Program-made: the position numbers and the translations under genes
Shown here: in pieces, positions 7,860 through 17,552 of the stretch
Numbering within the stretch: the first letter of the stretch is position 1
Layout: the number at the start of each line of letters is the position of its first letter
Notes under the pieces: generated by a model
Told to the model about the DNA's origin: nothing
The model's database searches: none
Seen by the model: the letters and a program-made list of their open reading frames with translations, nothing else
Assembly: GCA_038321865.1 (NCBI GenBank)
Contig: JBBQFH010000041.1
Location: 1-19,318, forward strand
Direction: 5' to 3'
Origin: Gemmatimonadales bacterium
GTDB taxonomy: Bacteria; Gemmatimonadota; Gemmatimonadetes; Gemmatimonadales; GWC2-71-9
Length of the DNA stretch: 19,318 bases

Positions 7860-8921
7860 ATGACCATTGATCTGACCGGACTCGTCCGCCCGCACCTCGT
7901 CGAGATGACGAAGCGGGACGACAATCCGAATGTCGCCGAGTTCCGCCTCCAGCCGCTGGAGCGGGGGTTCGGGTATACGCTGGGCAACTCGCTTCGCCGT
8001 CTGCTGCTCTCATCGCTTCGCGGTACCGCGGTCTGGGGCTTCCGGCTCGACGGCGTGGTGCACGAGCATCAGACGGTGCAGGGCGTGCTCGAGGATGTGC
8101 ACCAGGTCGTGCAGCGCCTCAAGGCGCTGACGCTGGTCCTCGATCCCGAGGTGGATGAGGCCATCCTGCACATCAAGCGCGAGGGCGCCGGCCCGGTCTA
8201 CGCCCGCGACATCCAGGAGCACGGTTCGGTCCGCGTCGTGAACCCGGATCACCTCCTCTTCACGCTGCAGGATGATCGCGACGTGAACATGGAGCTGTAC
8301 GTCAACAAGGGACGCGGCTACGTCGAGTCGGAGCTGCATCCGGCCGATCGCTCGCTGCCGGTTGACCTGGTGCGCATCGACGCCATCTACAATCCGGTCC
8401 GGCGCGCCAACTTCACCGTCGCCGAGACCCGCGTCGGGCAGCGCACCGACTACGACCGCCTGACCGTTTCGATCGAGACGAACGGGACCATCTCGCCCGA
8501 AGACGCGATCGCCTATGCGGCCGCGCTGGCGCAGGAGCATTTCCGCTTCTTCGTCGAATTCGGCAAGGTGCCGTCGGTGCGCGACCAGAGCACCGTCGGC
8601 GAGGTCGGGGCCAGCAACCTCCGCGCGCGACTCTCGCGGCTGATCGACGACCTGCAGCCGGCCCTGTCGGTCCGGTCGCTCAACTCGCTCAAGAATTCGA
8701 ATATCCGGACGCTCAAGGACCTGGTCGAGTTCAGCGAGGAAGACCTGCTGAAGGTCAAAAACGTCGGCGAGAAGGCGCTCCAGGAAATCGCTGAGCTGCT
8801 CCAGCGCGAGAGCCTGAATTTCGGCATGACCTTCGATGAGGGTGACGGCGACCTGCGCGTGGTCAAGCCCGGCCAGCCGCCCGCCATGCCGTCGGCCGCC
8901 GCGACCGGGGAGAGCGCGTAA
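7860..8921 (+). CDS. rpoA: DNA-directed RNA polymerase subunit alpha
   Basis: PLERGFGYTLGNSLRRLLLSS, GRGYV, RVGQRTDYDRL, IETNG, CTD LSVRSLNSLK. Start is ATG 7860, not 7251. Confidence 0.98.
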   Translation: MTIDLTGLVRPHLVEMTKRDDNPNVAEFRLQPLERGFGYTLGNSLRRLLLSSLRGTAVWGFRLDGVVHEHQTVQGVLEDVHQVVQRLKALTLVLDPEVDEAILHIKREGAGPVYARDIQEHGSVRVVNPDHLLFTLQDDRDVNMELYVNKGRGYVESELHPADRSLPVDLVRIDAIYNPVRRANFTVAETRVGQRTDYDRLTVSIETNGTISPEDAIAYAAALAQEHFRFFVEFGKVPSVRDQSTVGEVGASNLRARLSRLIDDLQPALSVRSLNSLKNSNIRTLKDLVEFSEEDLLKVKNVGEKALQEIAELLQRESLNFGMTFDEGDGDLRVVKPGQPPAMPSAAATGESA

Positions 8922-9277
8922 TGCGCCATCGCGCCAAGGGCCGCCAGCTGTCCCGCACGTCCACCCACAAGCGGGCGATGCTGAACAACATGGCGACCAG
9001 CCTGTTCGAGCACGAGCGGATCGTGACCACCGAGGCCAAGGCCAAGGAGCTGCGCCCGTTCGCGGAGAAGCTCATTACGCTGGCGCGCCGGGGTGATCTG
9101 CACGCCCGCCGTCTGGTCTCGCAGAAGATTCACGATCGCGCGGCGCTGGCGAAGCTCTTTGCCGTGATCGGGCCCCGCTTCGCGGCACGCCCGGGCGGGT
9201 ACACCCGGATTCTCAAGCTCGGCCACCGTCCGGGTGACGGCGCCGATGTCGCGCGGATCGAGTTGCTCGCCGAGTGA
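8921..9277 (+). CDS. rplQ: 50S ribosomal protein L17
   Basis: MRHR, TTEAKAKELR, EKLITLA, RPGGYTRILK. TAATG overlap with rpoA. Confidence 0.98.
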   Translation: MRHRAKGRQLSRTSTHKRAMLNNMATSLFEHERIVTTEAKAKELRPFAEKLITLARRGDLHARRLVSQKIHDRAALAKLFAVIGPRFAARPGGYTRILKLGHRPGDGADVARIELLAE

Positions 9278-9304
9278 CTGCCTTCGCGACCTTCCGAGCA
9301 AACG

Positions 9305-9332
9305 AAAAGGGGACCCTCGGGTCCCCTTTTTT
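9305..9332. terminator. Bidirectional intrinsic terminator between convergent rplQ and rpmB
   Basis: AAAA-GGGGACC-CTCG-GGTCCCC-TTTTTT: perfect 7-bp GC-rich stem with a T tract on both strands. Confidence 0.9.
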
Positions 9333-9351
9333 CCGCCCTGCCGCGACCGGC

Positions 9352-9543
9352 TCAGCTCGCCTTGGCCACCTTGTTACTCTTGAGGCACTGGGTGCAGACC
9401 CGCACCCGCTTCGGTGCACCGTCTACCAGAACCCGGACCGTCTGGAGATTGGGATACCAGCGGCGCTTGGTGCGGTTGTTGGCGTGGCTCACGTTGTTGC
9501 CGGTGACCGGCCCCTTGGCGCACACGGTGCAGACCCGTGCCAT
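9352..9543 (-). CDS. rpmB: 50S ribosomal protein L28 (CxxC...CxxC form)
   Basis: [34 protein letters not shown]...[15 protein letters not shown] upstream of ATG at 9543. Confidence 0.97.
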   Translation of the reverse strand: MARVCTVCAKGPVTGNNVSHANNRTKRRWYPNLQTVRVLVDGAPKRVRVCTQCLKSNKVAKAS

Positions 9544-9592
9544 ATGATCCATCCTTCAGAAGGTCATCGACGCGTACCGAACGAAGCCCATA

Positions 9593-9621
9593 AACCTAAC
9601 CACGGAACTGTGGTGACACAA
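9593..9621 (-). promoter_or_regulatory. Putative promoter for rpmB
   Basis: Minus strand reads TTGTGT-N17-TAGGTT, about 50 nt upstream of the rpmB start. Confidence 0.45.
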
Positions 9622-9637
9622 CCTCACAGGCGCATCG

Positions 9638-10603
9638 ATGCCTAAGGCCCTTATTACCGGCGTCACGGGTCAGGACGGGTCGTACCTCGCGGAGCTGCTG
9701 CTCGCGAAGGGTTACGACGTGGTGGGAGTCGTCCGCCGCACCAGCCATCACAGCTACGAGCGGATCGAGCACCTGCTCGATCGCATCGAGATCGTGCCGG
9801 CAGACCTGCTCGACCAGCACTCGCTCACGATGGTGATCCAGGACGCGAAGCCCGATGAGGTCTACAATCTGGCTGCGCAGTCCTATGTGCCGACCTCCTG
9901 GAGCCAGCCGGTGCTTACGGGAGAGTTCACCGCGCTGGGCGTGACCCGGATCCTCGAGGCGGTTCGACTGGCACATCCGGCCGCGCGCTTCTATCAGGCC
10001 AGCTCATCGGAGATGTACGGCCGCGTCACCGAGACGCCGCAGCGGGAGACGACGTCGTTCTATCCCCGCTCACCCTACGGCGTGGCCAAGGCCTACGGCC
10101 ACTGGATCACGGTCAACTATCGCGAATCCTACGGCCTCTACGCGGTCAGCGGCATCCTGTTCAATCACGAATCCCCTCGACGCGGGATCGAGTTCGTCAC
10201 GAGGAAGGTCACCGAAGGCGTCGCTCGCATCAAGCTTGGTCGCGCCGGCGAACTGCGCCTCGGGAACCTCGACGCGCGCCGCGACTGGGGCTTCGCGGGT
10301 GATTACGTCGATGCCATGTGGCGGATGCTTCAGCAGGACACACCGCAGGACTACGTCATCGGCACGGGCGTGCAGCATAGCGTCCGAGAGCTCGTAGAGG
10401 CGGCGTTTTCCCATGTCGGGCTCGACTGGGAAAAGCACGTCGTGATCGATTCCCGATTCATCCGCCCGGCGGAGGTCGATCTCCTGCTGGCCGACACGTC
10501 GAAGGCGAAGGCGGAGCTGGGCTGGGAGCCGAAAGTGGGATTCGCGGCGCTCGTGGCCATGATGGTCGATGCCGACATCGAGCGCCTCGGCGCCCGGCGG
10601 TAG
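9638..10603 (+). CDS. gmd: GDP-mannose 4,6-dehydratase
   Basis: [75 protein letters not shown]. Confidence 0.96.
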   Translation: MPKALITGVTGQDGSYLAELLLAKGYDVVGVVRRTSHHSYERIEHLLDRIEIVPADLLDQHSLTMVIQDAKPDEVYNLAAQSYVPTSWSQPVLTGEFTALGVTRILEAVRLAHPAARFYQASSSEMYGRVTETPQRETTSFYPRSPYGVAKAYGHWITVNYRESYGLYAVSGILFNHESPRRGIEFVTRKVTEGVARIKLGRAGELRLGNLDARRDWGFAGDYVDAMWRMLQQDTPQDYVIGTGVQHSVRELVEAAFSHVGLDWEKHVVIDSRFIRPAEVDLLLADTSKAKAELGWEPKVGFAALVAMMVDADIERLGARR

Positions 10604-10613
10604 GCACGCACCG

Positions 10614-11549
10614 ATGCGAGTGTTCGTCACCGGTGCGGACGGCTTCGTCGGCCGCCACATGGTGCGGCTGCTTGGCGCCGAGGGGCACGAGGTCCGCGCT
10701 GGCGTGCGCCCCGCCGCAATGGAGACCCTCAGGGCGAGCGAGAGCGTCGAGGTCGTTCCGCTTGAGCTTCGCGATGAGCGTTCAGTGCAGGCGGCGCTCT
10801 CCGCTCCCTGCGATGCCATCGTCCACCTGGCGGCGATCGCGTCGAACGCGGAGGCGCACCGTGACCCCGCCGGCGCCTGGGTCGTCAATGCGGCAGGGAC
10901 GGGAGGGGTGGCGGAGGCTGCGCTGCTGCTCCGCGACGCCGGCAAGGCCGATCCTCGCCTCCTCGTGGTGTCCAGCGGCGAGGTCTACGGCTCGGCGTCC
11001 ACGCCGAGGCGGGAGGATGACGCCCTCCTGCCGCAGTCACCCTACGCGGCAAGCAAAGTGGGCGCGGAGGCAGCGGCGCTTGAAGTGGGACGCCGCACCG
11101 GCCTTCACGTCATGGTCGCGCGGCCGTTCACTCACTCGGGACCGGGCCAGGCGCCGACTTACCTGGTGCCGGCGCTGCTCTCCCGGCTGGTCGAGGCCAG
11201 GCGCGCGGGACGGCGTGACATCGCGGTGGGGAACCTCCTGCCGGTGCGGGACCTCCTGGACGTGCGGGATGTAGTGCGGGCGTATCTCCTGCTCCTCGAG
11301 CGCGGCGCCGCCGGGACGGCGTATAATGTGTCCCGCGGGGAGGGCATCGGACTGACTGATCTGTTCCACCGCATGGCGGCAGTGGTCGGCGTGGACGCGG
11401 TCCCGATGCCCGATCCGGCGCTCCTCCGCCGGTCCGACCTGCCGTATCTCGTCGGCGATTCGACACGCTTGCGTCGGGCGACCGCATGGGAGCCCGCCAT
11501 TTCCACGGACCAGATGCTGCGGGATATGCTGGATGCCGAAACGCACTGA
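10614..11549 (+). CDS. Extended SDR, probable GDP-4-keto-6-deoxy-D-mannose reductase (Rmd/Tld-like)
   Basis: [54 protein letters not shown]. Lies immediately after gmd. Start is ATG 10614. Confidence 0.75.
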   Translation: MRVFVTGADGFVGRHMVRLLGAEGHEVRAGVRPAAMETLRASESVEVVPLELRDERSVQAALSAPCDAIVHLAAIASNAEAHRDPAGAWVVNAAGTGGVAEAALLLRDAGKADPRLLVVSSGEVYGSASTPRREDDALLPQSPYAASKVGAEAAALEVGRRTGLHVMVARPFTHSGPGQAPTYLVPALLSRLVEARRAGRRDIAVGNLLPVRDLLDVRDVVRAYLLLLERGAAGTAYNVSRGEGIGLTDLFHRMAAVVGVDAVPMPDPALLRRSDLPYLVGDSTRLRRATAWEPAISTDQMLRDMLDAETH

Positions 11550-14500
11550 CCTGAAGACGATTCTGCTGATCGGCTCTGGCCCCATCGTGATCGGGCAGGG
11601 CGCTGAGTTCGACTATTCCGGCACCCAGGCGGTACGCGCGCTCAAGGAGGAAGGGTACCGGGTGGTACTGGTGAACTCGAATCCCGCCACGATCATGACC
11701 GATCCCGAGCTCGCTGACCGCACGTATGTCGAGCCGGTGACACCTGAATGGGTCGCCAAGGTCATCGAGCGGGAGCGGCCGGACGCCCTGCTGCCCACGA
11801 TGGGTGGCCAGACCGCGCTCAACGTCGCGATGGCGCTGTACAAGGACGGGACGCTCGAGAAGTATGGGGTCGAGCTGATCGGGGCGAACGAGCGCGCCAT
11901 CCGGGTCGGCGAGGACCGGGAGGAGTTCGCCCAGGCGATGCGCCGGATCGGGCTCGCGACGCCGCAGGGCCGCACCGTGACCTCGCTGGAGGGCGCGCTG
12001 GCCGCGGTCGACGTCACCGGCTATCCGGCGATCCTTCGTCCGTCTTTCACGCTCGGTGGCAGTGGCGGCGGGATCGCCTACAATCGCGAGGAGTTCGAGA
12101 CACTTATCCGTCGGGGACTGGAGCTCTCGCCGGTGGGCTCGGTCCTGGTCGAGCGGAGCATCATCGGCTGGAAGGAATTCGAGCTCGAGCTGATGCGCGA
12201 CAGCGCCGACAACGTCGTGATCGTCTGCTCGATCGAAAACATCGACCCGATGGGTGTCCACACCGGCGACTCGATCACGGTCGCGCCGATCATGACGCTG
12301 ACCGATCGCGAATACCAGCGGATGCGGGACTCGGCCATCGCGATCATCCGGGAGATCGGGGTCGCCGCGGGGGGCTGCAATATCCAGTTCGCAGTGAACC
12401 CCGAGACCGGCGAACAGCTGGTCATCGAAATGAATCCGCGCGTTTCCCGGTCGTCCGCCCTCGCGTCGAAGGCCACGGGGTTCCCAATCGCGCGGATCGG
12501 CGCCAAGGTCGCGGTCGGCTACCGCCTCGACGAGCTCCCCAACGACATCACCCGCACGACGCCCGCGTCGTTCGAACCGGTGCTCGACTATGTCGTCGTC
12601 AAGGTTCCGCGATTCGCCTTCGAGAAGTTCCCCGCGGCGGATCCCACGCTGACGACGCAGATGAAGGCCGTAGGCGAAGTAATGGCGATCGGGCGGACGT
12701 TCAAGGAAGCATTCCAGAAAGCGCTGCGCGGCTTGGAGATCGACCGTCCGGGATGGACCACCGCTCCCCACGCCATCGATGATCGCCTGGCGGATGATTC
12801 GCGGGAGACTGTGCTCGCTGCGCTGCACACCCCGACGCCGGAACGCATCTTCCAGGTCAAGCGCGCGCTCCAGGCAGGCGTTTCCGTCCCCGACATCAGT
12901 GCGCGCAGCGGCATCGATCCCTGGTTCCTGCACCAGATGTCCGAGATCCTGCAAGCCGAGCAGGCGTGGGCCGCCGGCGGCGCCTGCGTCGGCGACGCGG
13001 AGGCGGCCTTCGAGCTGCGGCAGCTCAAGCGATCCGGCTTTTCCGACCGCCAGCTCGCGGATCTGCGTGGCCTCGACGAGGCCGACATCCGGCGGCTCCG
13101 CCACCGGCTCGGTGTCCGGCCGTCGTACAAGACCGTCGACACCTGCGCCGGCGAATTCCCTTCCTCCACGCCGTACCTCTACTCGTCATACGACGAGGAG
13201 AACGAGGCGGTCCGCAGCGAACGGGAGACGGTCGTCATCCTGGGCAGCGGCCCCAACCGGATCGGGCAGGGCGTCGAGTTCGATTATTGCTGCGTGCGGG
13301 CGGCGCTCGCGTTTCGGGAGATGGGGTACCGGACGGTGATGGTGAACTCCAATCCCGAGACGGTCTCGACCGACTTCGACATCTCGGATGTGCTGTACTT
13401 CGAGCCGCTCACGCTGGAGGACGTGCTGGAGATCGTCCATCTCGAGCAGCCGCTTGGCGTGGTGGTGCAGCTGGGCGGCCAGACGCCGCTGCGGCTCGCG
13501 CGGGGCCTCGAGCGGGAAGGGGTGCGGATCCTCGGCACGTCACCCGAGGCGATCGATCTGGCCGAAGACCGCGGGCGCTTCGAGGCACTGGCGCGAGAGC
13601 TCGGCGTGACGCAGCCGCCGAGCGGGATGGCGATGTCGGTCGACGAGGCGGTCGCCGTCGCGGAACGCGTCGGCTACCCGGTCCTCGTGCGGCCGTCGTA
13701 TGTGCTCGGCGGGCGGGCCATGGAGATCGTGTACGATGAGCCGTCGCTGCGTTCGTACTTCATCCGTGCCGCTCGTGTGGCACCGGAACATCCGGTGCTG
13801 ATCGACCGGTTTCTGGAGGACGCATTCGAGGCAGACGTCGATGCGATCTCCGACGGCACCCGCTGCGTGATCGGCGGCGTCATGCAGCACATCGAAGATG
13901 CCGGGATTCACTCCGGTGATTCCGCCTGCGTGCTGCCGCCCTACCTCATCACCGAGGCCGAAGTATCCCGGATGCGGGAGCACACCCGCGCATTTGCCTT
14001 GCGGCTTGGCGTGGTGGGACTGCTCAATGTGCAGTACGCGATCCGCGATGGCATTGTCTACGTGCTCGAGGTGAACCCCCGCGCGTCACGGACGGTGCCC
14101 TTCGTGTCGAAGACGACGGGGGTGCCCCTCGCCTCGCTCGCCGCCGCGGTCGCGGTCGGACGGACGCTCGACGAGCTCGGTCTCGAGGACGACGTGCTGC
14201 CGCCGTACGTGGCGGTGAAGGACGCGGTGTTCCCGTTCCGCAAGTTTCAGGGGGTCGACCGGGTGCTCGGGCCCGAGATGCGCTCCACCGGCGAGGTGAT
14301 GGGTATCGCCGATTCGTTCGGCATGGCGTTCGCCAAGGCGCAGGCGTCCGCCGACGGCGCCCTCCCGCTGGAGGGCGCGGTGTTCATCACGGTCAACGAC
14401 CGTGACAAGACGACGATCGTGCCGATCGCGCGGCGCTTTCACGAGCTCGGCTTCAAGATCTACGCAACCGAAGGGACCGCCCGGCACCTTCGTGCCAGGG

Positions 14501-14799
14501 GTGTCCCGGCCGAGCGGGTGCTCAAGGTCCATGAGGGGCGCCCCAACGCGATCGACCTGCTGGTGTCGGGACAGATTCAGCTGCTGGTCAACACCCCACT
14601 TGGCAAGCTGACGCAGCAAGACGACTACGCCATCCGCCGCGCCGCGCTGCAGCAGCGGGTTCCCTATACAACCACGCTCTCAGCGGCGTCGGCGGCGACG
14701 GACGCGATCATCGCACTTCGCAGCCGGGCCGGTGAAGTGCGCTCGCTCCAGGAATGGCACGTGCTGGCGCGCGAGATGAGTCTCGAATGGAGCGGATGA
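11533..14799 (+). CDS. carB: Carbamoyl-phosphate synthase large subunit
   Basis: [79 protein letters not shown]-terminal MGS-like domain; 1088 aa. Confidence 0.98.
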   Translation: MPKRTDLKTILLIGSGPIVIGQGAEFDYSGTQAVRALKEEGYRVVLVNSNPATIMTDPELADRTYVEPVTPEWVAKVIERERPDALLPTMGGQTALNVAMALYKDGTLEKYGVELIGANERAIRVGEDREEFAQAMRRIGLATPQGRTVTSLEGALAAVDVTGYPAILRPSFTLGGSGGGIAYNREEFETLIRRGLELSPVGSVLVERSIIGWKEFELELMRDSADNVVIVCSIENIDPMGVHTGDSITVAPIMTLTDREYQRMRDSAIAIIREIGVAAGGCNIQFAVNPETGEQLVIEMNPRVSRSSALASKATGFPIARIGAKVAVGYRLDELPNDITRTTPASFEPVLDYVVVKVPRFAFEKFPAADPTLTTQMKAVGEVMAIGRTFKEAFQKALRGLEIDRPGWTTAPHAIDDRLADDSRETVLAALHTPTPERIFQVKRALQAGVSVPDISARSGIDPWFLHQMSEILQAEQAWAAGGACVGDAEAAFELRQLKRSGFSDRQLADLRGLDEADIRRLRHRLGVRPSYKTVDTCAGEFPSSTPYLYSSYDEENEAVRSERETVVILGSGPNRIGQGVEFDYCCVRAALAFREMGYRTVMVNSNPETVSTDFDISDVLYFEPLTLEDVLEIVHLEQPLGVVVQLGGQTPLRLARGLEREGVRILGTSPEAIDLAEDRGRFEALARELGVTQPPSGMAMSVDEAVAVAERVGYPVLVRPSYVLGGRAMEIVYDEPSLRSYFIRAARVAPEHPVLIDRFLEDAFEADVDAISDGTRCVIGGVMQHIEDAGIHSGDSACVLPPYLITEAEVSRMREHTRAFALRLGVVGLLNVQYAIRDGIVYVLEVNPRASRTVPFVSKTTGVPLASLAAAVAVGRTLDELGLEDDVLPPYVAVKDAVFPFRKFQGVDRVLGPEMRSTGEVMGIADSFGMAFAKAQASADGALPLEGAVFITVNDRDKTTIVPIARRFHELGFKIYATEGTARHLRARGVPAERVLKVHEGRPNAIDLLVSGQIQLLVNTPLGKLTQQDDYAIRRAALQQRVPYTTTLSAASAATDAIIALRSRAGEVRSLQEWHVLAREMSLEWSG

Positions 14800-15758
14800 C
14801 CGCACGCGATCCGGCGTTCGCCGCAGGGCTGCGTGAGCGGGTGCGCGGCCAGGTCAAGGAATCCGAGCCGCTCGCGCGATACTCGACATACCGTATCGGT
14901 GGCCCCGCCACCGTGCTGCAGCCGGCCGGGGCGGAGGACGTGGGGGCCGCGCTCGCGTTCGCGCACCAGGCAAGCGTCCCCTGGTTCGCCATCGGGCTGG
15001 GCTCGAATATCCTCCTGCCGGACGAGGGGCTGGACGCATTGGTCATCCGGCTGGGCAAGGGGCTGGATGCCGTAGTCCGCGAGGGCGACCGGTGGATCAT
15101 CGGCGCCGGATTACCGGCGCCGCATGCGGCACGCCGGACCGCCGAAGCGGGTTATGGCGGGCTGCACATCTTCGTCGGCGTACCCGGGACCGTGGGCGGC
15201 GGCGTGTACATGAACGCCGGCTGTCATGGGGGCGACTGGGCGGCGGTCGTGCAAAGCGTCACCATGGTGGATGAGACCGGGCACGATGCCGTGCTGTCGC
15301 GGGCCCAGGTGCCGTTCACCTATCGGTGGAGCGGGCTCGAGCGACGGATCGTGCTCCAGGTGACGGTCGAGCTGCGGGAGGAGGATCCTGCGCGGCTCGG
15401 CGCCGAGCTCGAGGAGATGTATCGCTGGCGTCGGGAGGGGACGCCGTTCAATCAGCCGTGCTGCGGCAGCGTATTCAAGCATACCGGCGGGCACAGCTGG
15501 CGACGCACCGAGGGACCCCAGACTGCCGGGCAGCTGATCCAGGCGGCGGGGCTCAAGGGATTCCGGATCGGGGCGGCCGAAGTGTCGCCGGTGCACGCCA
15601 ACTATTTCATCAATACCGGCGGGGCGAGCTCGGCGGATGTTCGCGGCCTCATCGCTCATGCCCGGCGCGTAGTGCAGGAGCAATTCGACGTCGAGCTGCA
15701 GACTGAGGTGAAGCTGATCGCGCCGGACGGCACGTACCTGGAGGCGGTCCATGAGTGA
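14796..15758 (+). CDS. murB: UDP-N-acetylenolpyruvoylglucosamine reductase
   Basis: [59 protein letters not shown] overlap with carB (alternative ATG at 14787). Confidence 0.95.
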   Translation: MTARDPAFAAGLRERVRGQVKESEPLARYSTYRIGGPATVLQPAGAEDVGAALAFAHQASVPWFAIGLGSNILLPDEGLDALVIRLGKGLDAVVREGDRWIIGAGLPAPHAARRTAEAGYGGLHIFVGVPGTVGGGVYMNAGCHGGDWAAVVQSVTMVDETGHDAVLSRAQVPFTYRWSGLERRIVLQVTVELREEDPARLGAELEEMYRWRREGTPFNQPCCGSVFKHTGGHSWRRTEGPQTAGQLIQAAGLKGFRIGAAEVSPVHANYFINTGGASSADVRGLIAHARRVVQEQFDVELQTEVKLIAPDGTYLEAVHE

Positions 15759-16341
15759 ATACTTCGCGCACGAGTCCGCCTATGTGGACGACGGGGCGAT
15801 CGTCGGGCAACGGACGAAAATCTGGCACTTCTGCCACGTCATGGCCGGGGCGGTCATCGGCGAGGGCAGCAGTCTGGGCCAGAACGTCGTCGTCATGCCG
15901 GGGACCCGGATCGGGAACAACGTGAAGATCCAGAACAACGTCTCGATCTACGAGGGCGTCATTCTCGAGGACGACACCTTCTGCGGCCCGAGCTGCGTCT
16001 TCACCAATGTCGTCAATCCGCGGAGCCACGTATCGCGCAAGGCGGAATACAGGCAGACGCTGGTCCGCCGGGGCACTTCCATTGGGGCCAATGCCACCAT
16101 CGTCTGCGGGGTAACGCTGGGCGAGTACAGCTTCATCGGTGCCGGAGCGGTCGTCACGAGCGATGTCGCCGCCTTTGCCCTCATGCTGGGCGTTCCGGCC
16201 CGCCGGGTGGGCTGGATGTGCCAGTGCGGTGAGCGTTTACAGCTTCGCGACGGGGTCGCTGGCTGCGCCGTCTGTGGCGCCTCGTACGCCGAGCGGGAAG
16301 GGGGCCTGGAAATGATTGACCCACCCCGGAGGGTGGGGTAG
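15751..16341 (+). CDS. wbpD: Hexapeptide-repeat N-acetyltransferase, WbpD/WlbB-like (UDP-GlcNAc3NA 3-N-acetyltransferase)
   Basis: KIWHFCHV, KIQNNVSIYEGV, GPSCVFTNVVNPRS, IGANATIVCG, GVPAR.VGWMCQCG...CAVCG. Neighbours are wbpE/B/A-like. Confidence 0.85.
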   Translation: MSEYFAHESAYVDDGAIVGQRTKIWHFCHVMAGAVIGEGSSLGQNVVVMPGTRIGNNVKIQNNVSIYEGVILEDDTFCGPSCVFTNVVNPRSHVSRKAEYRQTLVRRGTSIGANATIVCGVTLGEYSFIGAGAVVTSDVAAFALMLGVPARRVGWMCQCGERLQLRDGVAGCAVCGASYAEREGGLEMIDPPRRVG

Positions 16342-16436
16342 GTTTCCCGGCTTTGCAGGCACCGTCGTTACCGAGCGCGCCCGGGCGTGCGGCTGAGTCC
16401 GGCCGAGGCGCGGGCGCTTTGCCAAGGGATGGGAAC

Positions 16437-17552
16437 GTGAACGTTCCGCTGCTCGATCTGGTGGCGCAGCACCAGGCCATCAAGGATGCCGTGATCCCGG
16501 CGATGATGGCGGTGGTGGAGCGGCAGAGCTTCATTATGGGCCCGGAGGTTCCGGCGCTCGAGGCCTCGCTCGCCGAGCTCTGCGGCGCCCGTCACGCGAT
16601 CGCCTGTGCCAGCGGGACCGACGCCCTCATGCTGGCGCTGCGGACGCTCGACCTGATGCCCGGAGACGAAGTCATTGCCCCCGCGTTTACGTTTTTCGCG
16701 ACCGCGGGCGCCATTCACAACGCTGGCGGGAAGCCGGTGTTCGTCGACATCGACCCCGGGACGTTCAACATCGATCCGGCCGCCGTCGAAGCGGCGATCA
16801 CGCCGCGTACGCGGGGAATCGTAGCCGTAGACCTGTACGGCCAGATGGCCCCGATGGACGCCATCATGGCTCTGGGCGCGGGGCGCGGCGTAGCGGTGAT
16901 TGAGGATGCCGCCCAGGCCATCGGCGCCCGCCGCAGCGTCGAGGGCCACTGGCGAATGGCGGGCGAGCTCGCCGCGGTCGGCACGCTGTCGTTCTTCCCC
17001 AGCAAGAATCTTGGCGGCTGGGGCGACGGCGGCATGATGGTGACTTCGGACGATGCGGCGGCGGCGCGCCTGCGGAAGCTTCGGCTCCACGGCGGCGCGA
17101 AGCAGTATCACCACGAGGAAGTGGGATTCAACAGTCGACTCGATACGCTTCAGGCCGCCGTGTTGCTGGCGAAGCTGCCCTTTCTCGCCGGCTGGAGCGA
17201 AGCTCGCCGCCGCCACGCGGCACGATACTCGGAGGCGTTCGCCGGTCACGCGGCAGTGTGCCCCCCGCCCACAGACCCGGCCAATGAGCACATCTTTCAC
17301 CAGTACACGATACGCGCGCCGCAGCGAGATGCACTGCAGCAGCATCTGGCGGCGCGGGGGATCGGCAGCGCGGTCTATTATCCGATGGCGCTCCATCTGC
17401 AGCCGTGCTTTGCGGATCTCGGATACCGGCGCGGCCAGCTGCCCGTGACCGAGCAGGCCATGGCGGAGGTGCTGTCGCTGCCGATCTATCCCGAGCTGTC
17501 ACTGGCCCAGCAGGATGCCGTGATCGCCTCCGTCAAGGAGTTCTACACATGA
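16437..17552 (+). CDS. DegT/DnrJ/EryC1/StrS PLP aminotransferase, WbpE/WlbC-like
   Basis: ASGTDAL, FTFFATA, DLYGQ, IEDAAQAIGA, SFFPSKNLGGWGDGG (PLP lysine), NSRLDTLQAA, LSLPIYPEL. Start placed at GTG 16437 (VNVPLLDL). Confidence 0.88.
   Translation: MNVPLLDLVAQHQAIKDAVIPAMMAVVERQSFIMGPEVPALEASLAELCGARHAIACASGTDALMLALRTLDLMPGDEVIAPAFTFFATAGAIHNAGGKPVFVDIDPGTFNIDPAAVEAAITPRTRGIVAVDLYGQMAPMDAIMALGAGRGVAVIEDAAQAIGARRSVEGHWRMAGELAAVGTLSFFPSKNLGGWGDGGMMVTSDDAAAARLRKLRLHGGAKQYHHEEVGFNSRLDTLQAAVLLAKLPFLAGWSEARRRHAARYSEAFAGHAAVCPPPTDPANEHIFHQYTIRAPQRDALQQHLAARGIGSAVYYPMALHLQPCFADLGYRRGQLPVTEQAMAEVLSLPIYPELSLAQQDAVIASVKEFYT

Noticed and set aside
9553..9563. CCTT-CAG-AAGG mini-hairpin over the rpmB Shine-Dalgarno
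   Set aside because: Only a 4-bp stem, too weak to support without conservation data.
11128..13104. 658-aa minus-strand ORF, and many other long antisense or alternate-frame ORFs in the track
   Set aside because: They lie opposite or inside well-recognised genes (here carB) and have no recognisable motifs. Long stop-free shadow frames are expected in high-GC coding DNA.
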